Shown here in pieces: positions 1 to 13,397 of a stretch of 64,000 bases of DNA. The position numbers and the translations under genes were made by a program. The DNA comes from Chlorokybus atmophyticus (Eukaryota > Plantae > Mesostigma and Chlorokybus algae), in NCBI GenBank assembly GCA_009103225.1, contig RHPI01001037.1, forward strand, positions 907,982 to 971,981, written 5' to 3'. Positions within the stretch are counted from its first letter, which is position 1, and each line of letters starts with the position of its first letter. The notes under the pieces are model-generated. The model saw only the letters and a program-made list of their open reading frames with translations, had not been told where the DNA came from and did no database searches.

Positions 1-1234
1 GGGGGGGGGGTTGGTCTGTATTGAGACGGGGGGGCTCTATTGTGTAGCGGAAGCCGCTGATTACGTCGATTTAAGGTATATAACTTGCGTACATCTGGTG
101 TAACGCGACTACTTAATGATAACGCGATCAGTTGCAAATCATTTGTTGGCACGTTACTCGTTTAACATTATAACTTGGACGGTCGACGACGCGTCCACCG
201 TGGAAACTGTGGCGGTGCGCCGTCATAGCACTTATGAATCATCCATGCACATGTGTATTAAGCGCTTATGTGATGAATGAAGTGAATAATGTGAACTTAA
301 AGGGCCAAAACACACAACCATAACATATTACATGCGTAATGATGCGCAGTTCAACGTGTGTATGCTCTTGCTGCTAACTCAATAACGGTATCATCCAACA
401 TATTAGCGGCTATGCATACCACCATGTAATAGCTGCCAGCGGTGTTAACAGTGATAACTAATTTCAGGAGAGTGTATCCAAACGCAAAGTGCATTGACTG
501 ATGTATCAATCATGACGCATGATGCGTGATGCAAACCCAACATTCCGGAAAAAAGAGGGTAAAATTGTGAGTCAACAAGCCACTTCTATAGACATTGTTG
601 TGTTACATTTCATATCATGAGCTGCAAGATGTGTCTGACCATAAAATAAGGTGAATATATAATATATTATATATATATGTAAATGTATCATATACGTGTA
701 TATGTCATATATACATCTGGGTAAACATATACTGTATTGTATGAATCTACATGTATATCTCTATGGTCCCTTGTGCCATGTGCACACCGTGCTCATTTCG
801 TGCACTCATTTGCCTTTACTTGCATAAATTCAGATAATTTCAACTTAGGGGGTGCACTTCTGACGGCCAAGATGTAATCAATCTTGATCCAACGGTAGCA
901 CAATATCACTCGTCGCCAGTCAACTGCATTCGCCAGCCGGCGTTACTGTGTTGCCGTGTAGGCGTGACGCGTTTAGTGACGCATGCGACAGAGGGATAAA
1001 CGGTCAATCAACACGTGACCATACCGTTACTGCTACCGTTAGAAGCAGGGGGCAACGGAATTTGCAGTAACTATCACTTCTGGTTAATGAATAAAAGTTA
1101 GATGTATGAAGGTCAAGACGTTAGACGTACCGCATTTACCCCGATACAAACCCCCCCCTTATACAGTCGCCCCCAGCCGAACCAAAGGGGATTGTGTATC
1201 GACGTTATAGCCCCCCCCTTCATCTTTGTTTTTT

Positions 1235-1276
1235 CCCCCTGTGAGGGACTGCATTCCCCCTGTGAGGGACTGCATT
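1235..1276. repeat. Exact 21-bp tandem duplication (ccccctgtgagggactgcatt x2)
   Basis: Read directly from the sequence. Confidence 0.9.
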
Positions 1277-1480
1277 GTAGGTTATACTGTCACATGTGTG
1301 TACATCCATCAATACAATAGCCCATTAGCTGCATAAGTTAACAGTATATATAATGTTGTAGCTGTACGTACCCATGTTACATGAATATTATTCATACACT
1401 ACCCATGCTGTTGCTATTTAATATGTATTAGAGTTTAATGCACCATAAGGAATATAAATGTATTGATATTAGATAGATGG

Positions 1481-1517
<37 letters not shown>

Positions 1518-1651
1518 GTTACATCGCGTACATGCTCATACATCATGTACATGTGCGCGATGAGATACAAGCAATACATGCTAAAACATGTGAGTGATCC
1601 GCGTACAACATTCTTGGGCTCCAAGTGATTGTTGCGCGCTCAGGCTGATAT

Positions 1652-1722
1652 TATTATTTGAAATGGATTCCGAATCCATTTCAAATAATACCTATATGCA
1701 ATGAGTCATTGCATATAGGTAT
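1652..1722. repeat. Two abutting perfect inverted repeats (19-bp arms and 17-bp arms, each with a 1-nt spacer)
   Basis: tattatttgaaatggattc-c-gaatccatttcaaataata (1652-1690) and atacctatatgcaatga-g-tcattgcatataggtat (1688-1722). Confidence 0.95.
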
Positions 1723-2775
1723 ACAATTGCATAGCATGCTTGCATGTCGGCTGCCATGTGGATCGTTTCAACAAAGCATTGGCACTTGACCAAGTGACGG
1801 AATGGTGTCGACCAATTAACATGAATGTGACAATAGCGCATTGTTGTGCATACTTTATTGTGTTAAGCTACCGAGATTGCCCAGATAGAAGCCCCCCTCC
1901 CCCCCCCTAAATAAAAGCCGCTTCAATGGATTGATGGGGGGGGGGGNGGGGGGGGGGGCTCATAACTCATCGGGTAAATATGATATGCATGTGTGGTGTC
2001 TTCGTGCCATGTTGAGCGCATGCGTGTTTATGTATATTGTGGGTCTCTGCTTAATAAGTCATTCCTTCAGTGTGATTTCTTATTTCTTGTTTTATCAATC
2101 TGTCGTACGCACATTGTGATAATGTCATACCCATAAGAGATCACACAATAGCCCCGTGTAGCGTCGTTGCTATAGCCAACCACCGAGGGTGGGTAGGCCA
2201 ATCTTTAATGTAGTTACCAATAAGCATAGTAATTACCTGCCCACATTGATTTCTGTCTCATATCCTCCTTCCCCACCATGCTCCACCCACGCTGCTCTAC
2301 CCTTTTCACTGTATTCTTACATATACGCTCCACCCAAGGCATGTTGCACGCAATGCCTTTCTCTCCCAAGCAGCTATGCAGCGTAATTGGAGGGTTGGGT
2401 CGTGGATGCGTCAGCTACAATGTGCCATGCGATGATGTATATGAGGGGTATGGTAATATGCCAACATGGTGTGTACTTCTACCTATCACACAGAGTACGC
2501 ATTGTGCTTGTAAGAGCGGATACAAAATCACACGCGGATGATTTGCAGGCACATTGCTTGCCAAACATGAGGCGCTACATTCAGTACAAGCACATATCAG
2601 GGTACCCATGTAAGCTCATGCATGTGAAGAAAGGCTTGATGATTCTCTCTACATACATCAAGGCTGCAAATAGCTACACAAGTACGTAGGTAGCTATGAA
2701 CCTCGGGGGTAACAACAAAAATGTCTCAATTACTACCAATGGTCTAATGCACGTTACCTTCAAGTAACGTACCAA

Positions 2776-2940
2776 ACTGCATGCACTCTTCTATACTGTA
2801 CAGCTAACGTTACACTGGCAAAACGCCCGCACTAACCTAACCTATCCTGCTGCGGGTAACACTGCATGCACTCGGCTATCCTGTACACCTAACTTACACT
2901 GGCGAAGGCCCACACTGACCCAACCTAACCTGCTGTGTCA
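2776..2940. repeat. Diverged tandem duplication, unit about 85 bp
   Basis: actgcatgcactc...ctgtaca.ctaac.ttacactggc...cctgctg occurs at 2776 and again at 2861. Confidence 0.8.
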
Positions 2941-3094
2941 ACTCGGTCTAAGATATACAGAACTACCGCCACTTGTGTCCTACGCAAAGCCTGCATGCAA
3001 TAAAAATTCAGTCACAATGCACACGGAAGCAAAGGCACATGCCAGGAGGGAGCAACATTACCTGACTGAACCCCCTACGAAGCAACCCCTTGGT

Positions 3095-5787
3095 CTACGA
3101 ACTTGCTGATCCTGTTATGTCGTCAACGCTGTTACCGGCTGATGAAAGCGCAGCCTCCGCAATGGCAAGAGGAGCCGACAGCGGTTGGCTACCATCCAGA
3201 GAAAAATTCCCATTCACAGGATTCCCCATGTTGCTCGTGTTTGCAACGTTGAGCGAGTCGAGAAAAGACCTGCGCAGCAAGAGGGCCACACATACCTGAG
3301 TATACCACAGAGAGCGAAAGTATGCCATATTTGGCAACACTTACCGCTGAGGCAATGAAGCAAACGCACTCCCTGAAAGACCCATAGAAGATGCATTCAA
3401 AGCCGACACCAGGGAGTCGATCTGGCCACTGACAGGCCCAGACAGAGGTTTTGACGTGGCACTGGCAACAGCAACCTGCAAGGCATGTTCAGCCATTGCG
3501 GCGTTGTTGACAGCAGCTTGCACATCATTGATGCCGCCGTTGCTGAGTGCCACTTGGACGGCAGCCTCAGCTAACGCTGCATTGGACACAGCCGCCTGCA
3601 CTTCAGCAAGCGTGACACTCTCAATGCTTGCTCGGGAGTAGCCGGACTGGATGGCATCCGTGGTTGCCATCTGCAGATTAACCTGCGCAGCTGAGGCAGC
3701 TTGCGCTGCATATTGCAAGTCCCTTGCCAGCGCCTGTGGTGGCGTTGTGTTACTAAGAGGGGCGAAAGTGTCCGACCGCATCAACTGCCCATTGCCGGCA
3801 GCGGCGGCAGCGGACAGTGCAGCCATCTGTGCGAGAGGCGTGTTCGCCAGACCAGGAGTGTTCAGCACAAGCTGTGCTGCCTTCGGATTCACAGTCGAAA
3901 GGCCCAGGGAGCTGGTATCATAAGACGGGGCGGTGAGCTTCTCAAGCAACAAAGTAGTTGCATCCGGTAGATTCCCAAGCTGCTGCTGCTGCTGCTGGAA
4001 CTGCAAAATGCTGAAATCTGCACACAACAAGCATCAGGAAGCTGGGCAGCTTTGCAAGGGCCCATAGTATAATGCACACACTAACAACATATCATACCTG
4101 CTCCACCCATACCGCCACCAAGGATGCCATTGTTGCCATTCTCTGTGGCTGCCAGGACGGATGCCATCATTGGCAGAGAGCTGCTCGTGTCCATGTTACC
4201 AAGAGCACCAGATGCGATCAAGTTTTGGAGCGACACCTGCATCCAAACGCTCAGTTCTGCATGATGGCTGAATGTTGTCTTGTCAACAGGTTGTCAAGCA
4301 GTACACTTACTTGCATAGCATTGTCAGCAACTCCGGCAGGCATTGTAGGCATGAAGGCAGATGCAGGATTGGGGTTGGAAAATGGTGGAGGCCTTAAGCT
4401 TAGAGACATCCCGTTCTGGTTACTGGACTGAATACCAGATGGCAGAGCGGAAGTAGCAGGTGACACGCCGGGGTTGAATTCGTTGCATTTGGGACTGGCC
4501 TTCTTGTGTGCGACAAGGTTGCACTTGAAGGCAAACTTCATACCACATGAGCACTGAATGAGCGCTCCGCAAAGCTTCTCGTGATCCCGCAAATCAACAT
4601 CTACGTAGAACCGCTTGCCGCACTTACTGCAAACATGGTTCTGTCCACAGAGACAAATCAGACTAAAGGGCCTGTTGCACTCCCATGCCTCATGCTTGCC
4701 AGAGCCAGCAATATGCAACGGAAAATTTTAGCATACCTTCTCGCCCTGCGAGTGCTTGCGCCCAAAGTGTCGTCGCAGCTCATACAGTCCCACAAAGGTT
4801 TTGTGGCACGTCGGGCAAGCTGAACATGGCAACAGTTAGTCACAGACACACAATCATACAACCACCGGACTAATCTCTCTCACCTATGCCTAGAGAGCTA
4901 CCCACTGACCTAGTACTACTGCCCATCCCAGTCAGTCATGCATGCATATAGGCTTGGTTTTTACCGGATGGTATCTTTTTGTTTCTTCCCGCTTTGAGAC
5001 TGCTGGAATCGCCTAATCGCGCCTTCATTACCCTCTCCCCCGACACCACTGCAACGCACTGACATTCAGACTTCACTGCACGACCTGTGCCATGCTCTCA
5101 ACAGTTGAACAACAATACATGAGCACAAGTTACCAGGATCTGTCCTCAGCTCCCCATTGTGTGTGCGACTGCGCTCATCACCAGCATGTGTCTTGTGATG
5201 CATGCGCAGGGTTTGCAGGTTCTGTAAACCATCCTAATCGTAAACATACGGCCAGAACAACACAAGGACAGGTATGCAAGCACTGCACCAATAAGCCTAA
5301 TGAAAAAAAATCTAAAAAACAACCTTTGAAAAGTAACACCCGCATGTCTCACCTTGAAGGACTTTCCGCAGTTGTCAAACTCACATTTGAAAGGCCGGCG
5401 ATCCTGAATTAGGTCGACAGGTACAACAGCGGCAATGTCAGAGGCAGGTGCAGCGTGGCGGGGTGACTGAGCAGGGCTAGCCCGCTGCTGCGACTGAAAG
5501 TTTTGCTGCCTGTTCGTGAGCGTGCTCGACGGCGATAGCGGGGTCAGCTGCGAAAGAGTCTGCCTTGTCAAACCCCCGATGCCGTACAGCGGTGAAGGAG
5601 CTTGCAAGCTACCACCTGCAGGGCCAAGTGCGCCCATGGGTGGGCCGGCACCTGTCCCCATGGAGGTGAACTGCGAGAGGGGTGGATTGTGCGTAGCTGT
5701 GGTAACATCCATAGGGCGCGAGATGGGACTATGCTGCTGCTGCTGCTGCTGTTGGTGGTAATAGCTAAGCGCATGTTGAGGGATCAT
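3095..5787 (-). CDS. C2H2/C2HC zinc-finger transcription factor of the IDD/WIP/STOP1 type, multi-exon, with Gln/Ala-rich low-complexity regions
   Basis: Spliced fingers: CEFDNCGKSFK|NLQTLRMHHKTH, CPTCHKTFVGLYELRRHFGRKH, CSKCGKRFYVDVDLRDHEKLCG, CSCGMKFAFKCNLVAHKK. The HEKxCG...CxCG array is typical of IDD/WIP/STOP1 and ATMIN-like proteins. GT-AG introns are visible. Start could be ATG 5787 or 5712; the last-exon acceptor is uncertain. Confidence 0.85.
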
Positions 5788-5842
5788 TGGGCAGGTTGGA
5801 CTGCGAGAGGGGTGGGTGGTGCGTAGCCGTGGTGACACTCAT
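5765..5842 (-). other. Out-of-frame 25-aa uORF (MSVTTATHHPPLSQSNLPNDPSTCA*) that is a diverged copy of the main ORF segment MDVTTATHNPPLSQ
   Basis: ATG at 5842, TAG at 5767-5765. Nucleotides 5849-5793 resemble 5719-5663 (130-bp period). Confidence 0.6.
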
Positions 5843-8800
5843 CGGGCGCTAACCCTATACTGTGACTGTGGCATGCCGACGAGCAAACAAGCACGCAAGC
5901 ACATCAAGTGCAGAACTGCCACCCTCCTTTCGAGCCGACACACGTATTGCCGACAACAAAGGCTTTGCTTTACTGGGTACAAAAGCAGGGTCAGCCTAAT
6001 CAAGCTCTCCCTGTGCGTGGTGTTTGCACCTTGCTCTCCGCGTCGCCGCCGCCGCCGCCGCCGCCGCCCGGCCTACCTGCCTACTTGGCTTAGGTAATTA
6101 AATTGAACCTACAAGCGAGGTGCGTGATGATCGTTCGTTTCTTCTCCCTCAGGTTGAATGACGCCACCAACATCAAATGTCCAACTACGCAAGTTAGAGC
6201 CGTAACTGGCGTTACGGTATGCGGAGTTTTGCTTCTGCTGCTTGCTGGGGCAGGAAAGGGTGAATCGGCACAGCTGGCCGTCAGTCGGCTGGATTGTGGC
6301 CGGATTCTCAGCTAATCATTCCAGTTTAGCGACCGGCAGAGCCGATACGGTCATGCAGCTTCTATGCAATGTACTGCTTGGGTCCGGTCGGAGCCTGGAT
6401 AGAACCGTGAGCTTTGAGCCGCGGATTGCTTCTGATTCTCCGCAGTTGACGCAGCTAAACGGACGGCGCGATGAGCATGCTAGGGCCTACCACAATGCAC
6501 CTCGAACTTGCCGTCAGATGGTCAGGTCGACACAACAACAAGTGGACATACCGCAAAATTGGCCCACATGCTTTGCTCTGTCAGATTTGCTTTTAGCGTA
6601 CGACCCGAGCAGAAGGTTTGCCCCTGTCGCTTAAAAAGTTCGTTGATATCGCGTCTGTGGGGACGCAAAAGTCGGTTCAATCGACGCCCTCTTGTCCGGG
6701 TCCAGCAGTCGATAGGCGCAGTACCTACCCACGCCCGGCAATACTGCCACACATTAGGTCACCGCGGTCCCAATCCTCAAACGATATTAGATACACTTGC
6801 AACATCGGTCGCTATCATGACCGGTGCTGCTCTCGCGCAAACACGCAACTCGGCAGACGCTAATGACCTACTGTCGTTGTGGGTAAACTGAAAAATTTGG
6901 TGTGCCCCACCTGCAAACTTGCGCCGGACACCACAGCAGGCGACAAACTTACCGTGCTAGCACTGCTAGCTACAGCCTTCTATCAACCGGTTGGGTGCTG
7001 GCAACTTGTGACCTACTCGCAAGGTATGTGTTTTCTGTCCGGTAGCAACCGGTTCAGACATAATGACAAGATGTTACGGCTGAGCACGCAGGGGCTTAAC
7101 GACCTCTGTACGGCACGATGGGAGGCAAGTTGCCTCAGGCAAACGCAATCTGGTACGACGTCATTGCCACGTGGTGATCTTCCCTCGATGTCCCGCGCTT
7201 TCCCTGCCACAAGGTTCAATTACACCAGGACTCATAATCACAGCCATAATCTCATTGCGCAATTAGGGCTGTGAGTTACGAAGGAGTAATAAGATCAACA
7301 TCTCAAAGGGCAGTTAGGGTTGTGACTCGCAACTTATGAGTACAGCTTTGCCCGGAAATCCGGAAACTTCAGGTTCCAAGTCCGGATCCGAACCCAGCAA
7401 TCAAGTCTGGTACCCACATGGGTCCCTTTTGCTAAAGTCCTGAACCCAATGCGGGTCCGCAATGGGGTTGCCGTCGGGGTGTGTCGTCGTCGTCGGCGGC
7501 GGCAAGAACGTGAGGAGTATGGATGATGTCTCCGGGTCTTGTGGGTCTTTATAACAATAATGGCGAAGGAGGGGGCGATGGTGGACAAGGAGGGGGCATT
7601 CCTTAATTTATAACCCTAGCTCGAGCTCTAACCCCCATGCTGGTCAGAAGCCGCGCTACCAAGCGGTATCCTCATCATGTACACTTGATGGTGGGACTGC
7701 CAGCTTCATGCAAGTTACCTCTTGCCATGCTATACCGGTTGACGTGAGTCTTGTGCATGTTGCTAAACGCAAAACTTAAAGTGAAGCATCAAGGCCAGCT
7801 TTCCTCACGCGAAGACAATTCTGGCGTCCACGTGTACATCCAGGTTAGACCACCGAGATGGCGCGTTGATTGCTATACTTGTTATAATGTTTTGGAGTTG
7901 GCACTGTGTATTAGCTTGCCAAAAATTGTCATTGCGGTGTTCGGTCATTTTCGGTTTCGGTTGTGTACTATCTTTAATAACATAGTGTCACAAGCCCACA
8001 TGCACGTATGCATGCGGATGCGCGCATAGCAAATGCAGGATCATAGTCATTGCGTAAATCATTTTGCTTGCGTACGTGCATGTATGCATGCAGCATCATG
8101 AATATGGCCTTGAGGTTTAAAGACGCGCTTGTCTAACCATGTGGGCGATGTCTGCCTTGCAATTGGGCTGATAAGAGGTGCTTATGTGCTGACCAGCTCA
8201 CTACAAAGATGCCAGCCAAGCGCAATCCCCCCATCACCATTTAAGAAGGGAATCATTCTTCAAGGTGATAGGGAGGGTTGGCTCGGCACAACACACCACT
8301 ACATAGCAAATTAACAGGATATGGGTCCATCACAGCGCCAGTTGCTTGCTACGCACACAGGCATACAGCGTGCATGTCACGATGCATGATGCATTGTGGC
8401 AATGGTGTGGATAGGTGGGTGCTTGACTGGGAGCACCTTGCATGCGTAACGTACGGTAGTTGGAGCCCGCGCTATTGGCATGCATAGCAATGCTACAGAA
8501 AACAAAAGTTGCAGTATTCGGGGAGCAGCATCGTCTGCTAGACAGGCATGCATGACAGCGCTCGTGTCATAAAAATAGGCGCACACAGCCACGACATGCA
8601 CTGCCGCAGAGGGAGTTTCCGTGTTTGCCGTACATGCATGCGTGCGTGTACTGACAAAACCCTAACAAGCGTAGTGGACGAGACGGCAATATGCTGGCGG
8701 TGGTGGCGACAGGGGTGTGGGTGAAGCAAGAGGGGGAGGCCGTTGGGTCTTGTTTCTCGTGTGGTCACTGCTGCTACAATGAGGCCGCTAACCAAGGCGC

Positions 8801-10032
8801 ATGTGTAGGTAATAGCGCGTGCATGCATGCCTGCCTGGCTAATGCGGTTGGGATAGTAGTGAAGTTACGTAGGTAGTAAGTAGGTTAAACGCCCGGTGGT
8901 GCATGTCAGTGCTGAGTGCTGTGCTATGTTGCTTGCGTTGCATGCCTCACACTCTTATGCATGCCACAATCCCTGCATCCTATATGTTATACAACAGATC
9001 TCACACTCATCACGTTGCAATATAGCTATCTACACCATCTCACAATACACTATTAATCAAGCACACTATCTCTTATATAGCACACATTCCACCGTTATTG
9101 TTCCGTCCAGGCAGCGCAGCATCTGCTGCAGCCTGCAGCGCTTAGCATGGCACCGTTATCACCTTTGAATGAGATTTCCCGCCAGCACTCACCTGACTGC
9201 CTACATCGACAGATCCCTTCCCTACTGCTGCAGTTGGGAGGATCTCCGGGATCTCAACGGGAAGAAGCAATTGTGATTCTAGGCGTTATGCCGTCTGAAA
9301 AACTGTCATGTTCAATGGCCAATCTGTCAGAGCCAACGGCCTCTAGCCTGGCTGATGCAAACGTTTGCGCCTGTCGCTTCGAACCCATCTTGTATCCAAC
9401 TTCTTATTTTGTCAGCGACATGCCAAATTAAGTATTTCAGAATTAACCTCCTCGCGCTTGTATTAAATTATTGCATGATTGAATCCGATGTTGTATTCAC
9501 CTGATCTGAAGTTAAGTGTGACTTTGTGTATGAGTATACCAAGGCGCATGCGCAGGTAATTGCCGGATACCTTGATGCTATGATCAATGGGGTAGGGGCC
9601 TTAGCGTGTTAGGTAGAGTTGGCAGCCCTGTGGTAAACTGTTGGTATGGAGTGTGGGCATGAGGCATGTGCCGTGTGTGGGATGCTGTGCATGACAATGT
9701 GTGTGTAGGATATGCGTAGTGCTGTGTTTGACACCATGCATGCTATTAAACTAGCATACTATCTTTTATACACTCAAACAAGGGGAACACGAGAGCCACA
9801 CCATATGTTCAGCTTAACAATGGATTTGCAACATTGCGCAACCAGGTGCAGCAACTCTCCAACAGCAACTCTGAAGCAATGACCTTGCGATTGGCCAATG
9901 CTTCGCTTCTCGTACGCGGCTGAGCCCAAAACATGTCTTATCATGCGCAAAATAAGAAGATAGCTCCGCGGTTAGTGTGACCCCGTATGCGCCCCTGCAA
10001 CACGGGCAAGTTCCAGCCATGGTCCCCCCCCC

Positions 10033-10089
10033 NNNNNNNNNNNNNNNNNNNNNNNNNNNNNNNNNNNNNNNNNNNNNNNNNNNNNNNNN
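10033..10089. other. Assembly gap, with a poly-C run on the left and a poly-G run on the right
   Basis: N run in the sequence. Confidence 0.99.
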
Positions 10090-11716
10090 GGGGGGGGGGG
10101 GGCGGCCCTTGCCCGGGGGGTCTCAACATTATGGTTGCTATTCAATCGCAGCCATGATGTTGAGCCGTGCAGAGTGCCGGGTAGGAACTTATGACTTTGA
10201 AGTCTCTGCCTTTTCGCTATTTAACTCAAAATGATGGTAAAATGAGCGCAGCATGCTCGCACTGCCGCTGACAGTGTCGAACACTTGTGCTTGCGCGACT
10301 TGTGTCATAATTGCCTAGATGGTGCCGAGTTGTAAGGGCAAAGAACATGATTATTATCTGCATTCTTCAGTACAATAGCTTGCATGTACAACCTATGCGC
10401 GCTGCAACCATGATAAAAACTACAAAGGGCAAGACTGCGTGCACAGTATGCATCATAGCTGCATGCAAAAGTTGACAACCTCAAATTTTTGGGCTATACT
10501 GCTAACTGAATCCTACAACATTAATGTCATTAATGTTGGACAGCATTGTGTTTCCGTAGTGGCGTGTTGCATCTTCGTGTGGTGACAGCGGTAGCATAGG
10601 TAACAGCTCGTAGTGGTAGCGGTTGTAGTAACAGCTGATGTCGCCGTAGCAGTTCCACTACTACGTATCCTATACACCCAGTGGGTGTGTATAATATGTG
10701 AGGTGCTATTGTGCACGCCCATGGGAGTGCAACCTTGACATGCAAGCCACTGCAATGACACAACTACACATGCAATGTTGACCGGGCTAGAACACTGCTC
10801 TATAGCTGTCTATAGCTACCTACCTACTTCAGTACCACGCTACGACTACTACTGGCTTTGAACTCCCTCGTTAGACACGCTTGCAGGTAGTTACCTGCAG
10901 CACATGAGCAGCAACTCAGTCTCCGACAGCACAGGAATGGTAGACCACACAGCAGACAGTAAACAGGGACTGCACGCTCCCCCTCCCGCCCTCTCTCCTC
11001 CATCCTCCTTCTCATTCTGCTGCACTTCAACTTGTCCTCTGCAGTGTCAATTATGGCCGTAGAGTTGGCAGGGCCCTCACCGCACGCTTGCACTAAGTCC
11101 AGCGTGAAAGTCTTGCATGCTGGTCCGGCATGCGGTGTAGGCCTGAGGCAGAGGCGCGATTCAAATCGTTGTCTGGGTTGCCTTCACATTGTCAGCCAGT
11201 GCTGGCGCAGCGGCAGTCACCGAGTGCTGGGCTGCTGGGCTGGGTGGCTAGGTTCAGTATCGTGAACCAGTCAGTGCTGCTGCGAGTTGATGAGGGTGGG
11301 GGCGGGGGCTTGTGACGGTACAAGCAGTGTGGCCGTACTCAACAACAAGCAACAACACGTTATAATCATTACCATCAACACATGTCCACATATCAGCTGC
11401 CTCTGCCTAAGCCTACTACACAACAACGACCCATACACAGACCACCAGCGATCAGAGCGAGCCACAGCAAAACAAGTGCCCGATGCCCCCGCCAATGCGA
11501 CATCCGCTTCGGATGCCCTCGCGCCTGTCTGCAACGGACTCCAACCTGGCACCGCCGCCACCGCCGCCGCACTACGCTCCAGCAGCGCCAGCCCTTGCGC
11601 TCGCTGCAACGCTACCGCCACACATACTAGCAGCAGAGACAACCATTCTAGTAGAGTTCCAGTTTGCAGTGGAGCACTGTCTACGTTGCAAGATGCTTGG
11701 CAGACAACCCTACACG

Positions 11717-12290
<574 letters not shown>

Positions 12291-12572
12291 NAATGCAAGC
12301 TAAGCGCAAGCGGCGGGGTGACGACACATGGTGCAGCAGAGCACAGCTAATGCGACACAACAATACATGCATCCGCGCATGCACACACACACAAGTGAGC
12401 ACACATGCGCATGCACACATGCACACATGTATGCATTCACACCTATTTGCCCGCGCACACACTTGCCTATGCACGCACAGACATGCAAACAAGCACGCAC
12501 AATCATAGGGGGGCACGAAACACCACAGGCTACACGTTGTGCTGTCATTTAAATCGTAGTCTAGCTCTATTG

Positions 12573-13397
12573 TCAGTAAGCGCGCCTGCATTCAACCAGC
12601 GAACTTTTGAAACTCCACATGTCATTGTTATGTAGTTGCCAAACAGATGATTCAAGCACGTAGACACCCACATTTGGGTCATCATCCACTTGCAGCTTGA
12701 GCACAAGGGTAAGCTTTTCCGTCAAGTAGTCATGTGCGGGATTTGAGATAGGGGTGTGCAGGGATGTGCAGATATGGATATGGACGGATGGGGCCTTGTA
12801 GCCATACCTTCTGCCCCAGTCTCTGATATCAGGTGGGCGCTGGAAGAAGCACTGCTGGCCCGTTGGGACGTGCAGCAGCTCACCATCCTCAACACGCACA
12901 GCGAATATGTCGATCACAGTGCTTTGGGTCAAAGACTCGGCTAAAGCATTGAGCGTTTCTTCCGTTGTTGCGACGACATTGTGGTACCCATCGATGATGT
13001 ACCGGTGAATAAATTCGCTATCACTGTAATGGTCATTCCATGGCTGAGTCATGGGTGAGACAGGACCAGGCACGAGCAGGTTGAGTCCCTTGTACCTTGC
13101 CATGATGAAGGCAATCTCATGAAGGTCTGCATCCGGCTTCTGTACACGGATGTGCGCCATTCTTGAGTAACATAGACGCACGTGAGCCCTCAGCAGTGCG
13201 TGGTCAGGCCACCTCCGCTTGTAGTACTCATCCTCGACATCATCAACGGCGTGCCTCCACAGCTTGTTGACGCAGCGGACCCGCGCACCATCTTTCGGAC
13301 TTAGGAACTTGACAACACTCCGCAACAGATCGGCATCATCCACAACTTGTGTTAACAATGCTGGACTGGCCTGCCCGTCCGCACACACCGTCTGCAT
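12573..13397 (-). CDS. F-box protein, 274 aa, single coding exon, unknown C-terminal domain (array copy 1, intact)
   Basis: N-terminal LLTQVVDDADLLRSVVKFLSPKDGARVRCVNKLWRHAV fits the F-box pattern. ATG follows a putative 5'-UTR intron acceptor (ctgcag|cATG) also seen in copy 3. Open to the stop at 12573. Confidence 0.8.
   Translation of the reverse strand: MQTVCADGQASPALLTQVVDDADLLRSVVKFLSPKDGARVRCVNKLWRHAVDDVEDEYYKRRWPDHALLRAHVRLCYSRMAHIRVQKPDADLHEIAFIMARYKGLNLLVPGPVSPMTQPWNDHYSDSEFIHRYIIDGYHNVVATTEETLNALAESLTQSTVIDIFAVRVEDGELLHVPTGQQCFFQRPPDIRDWGRRYGYKAPSVHIHICTSLHTPISNPAHDYLTEKLTLVLKLQVDDDPNVGVYVLESSVWQLHNNDMWSFKSSLVECRRAY

Noticed and set aside
6800-6830. VMIATDVAS on the minus strand, resembling DEAD-box motif V
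   Set aside because: The flanking motifs IV and VI are absent at the expected spacing; probably chance.
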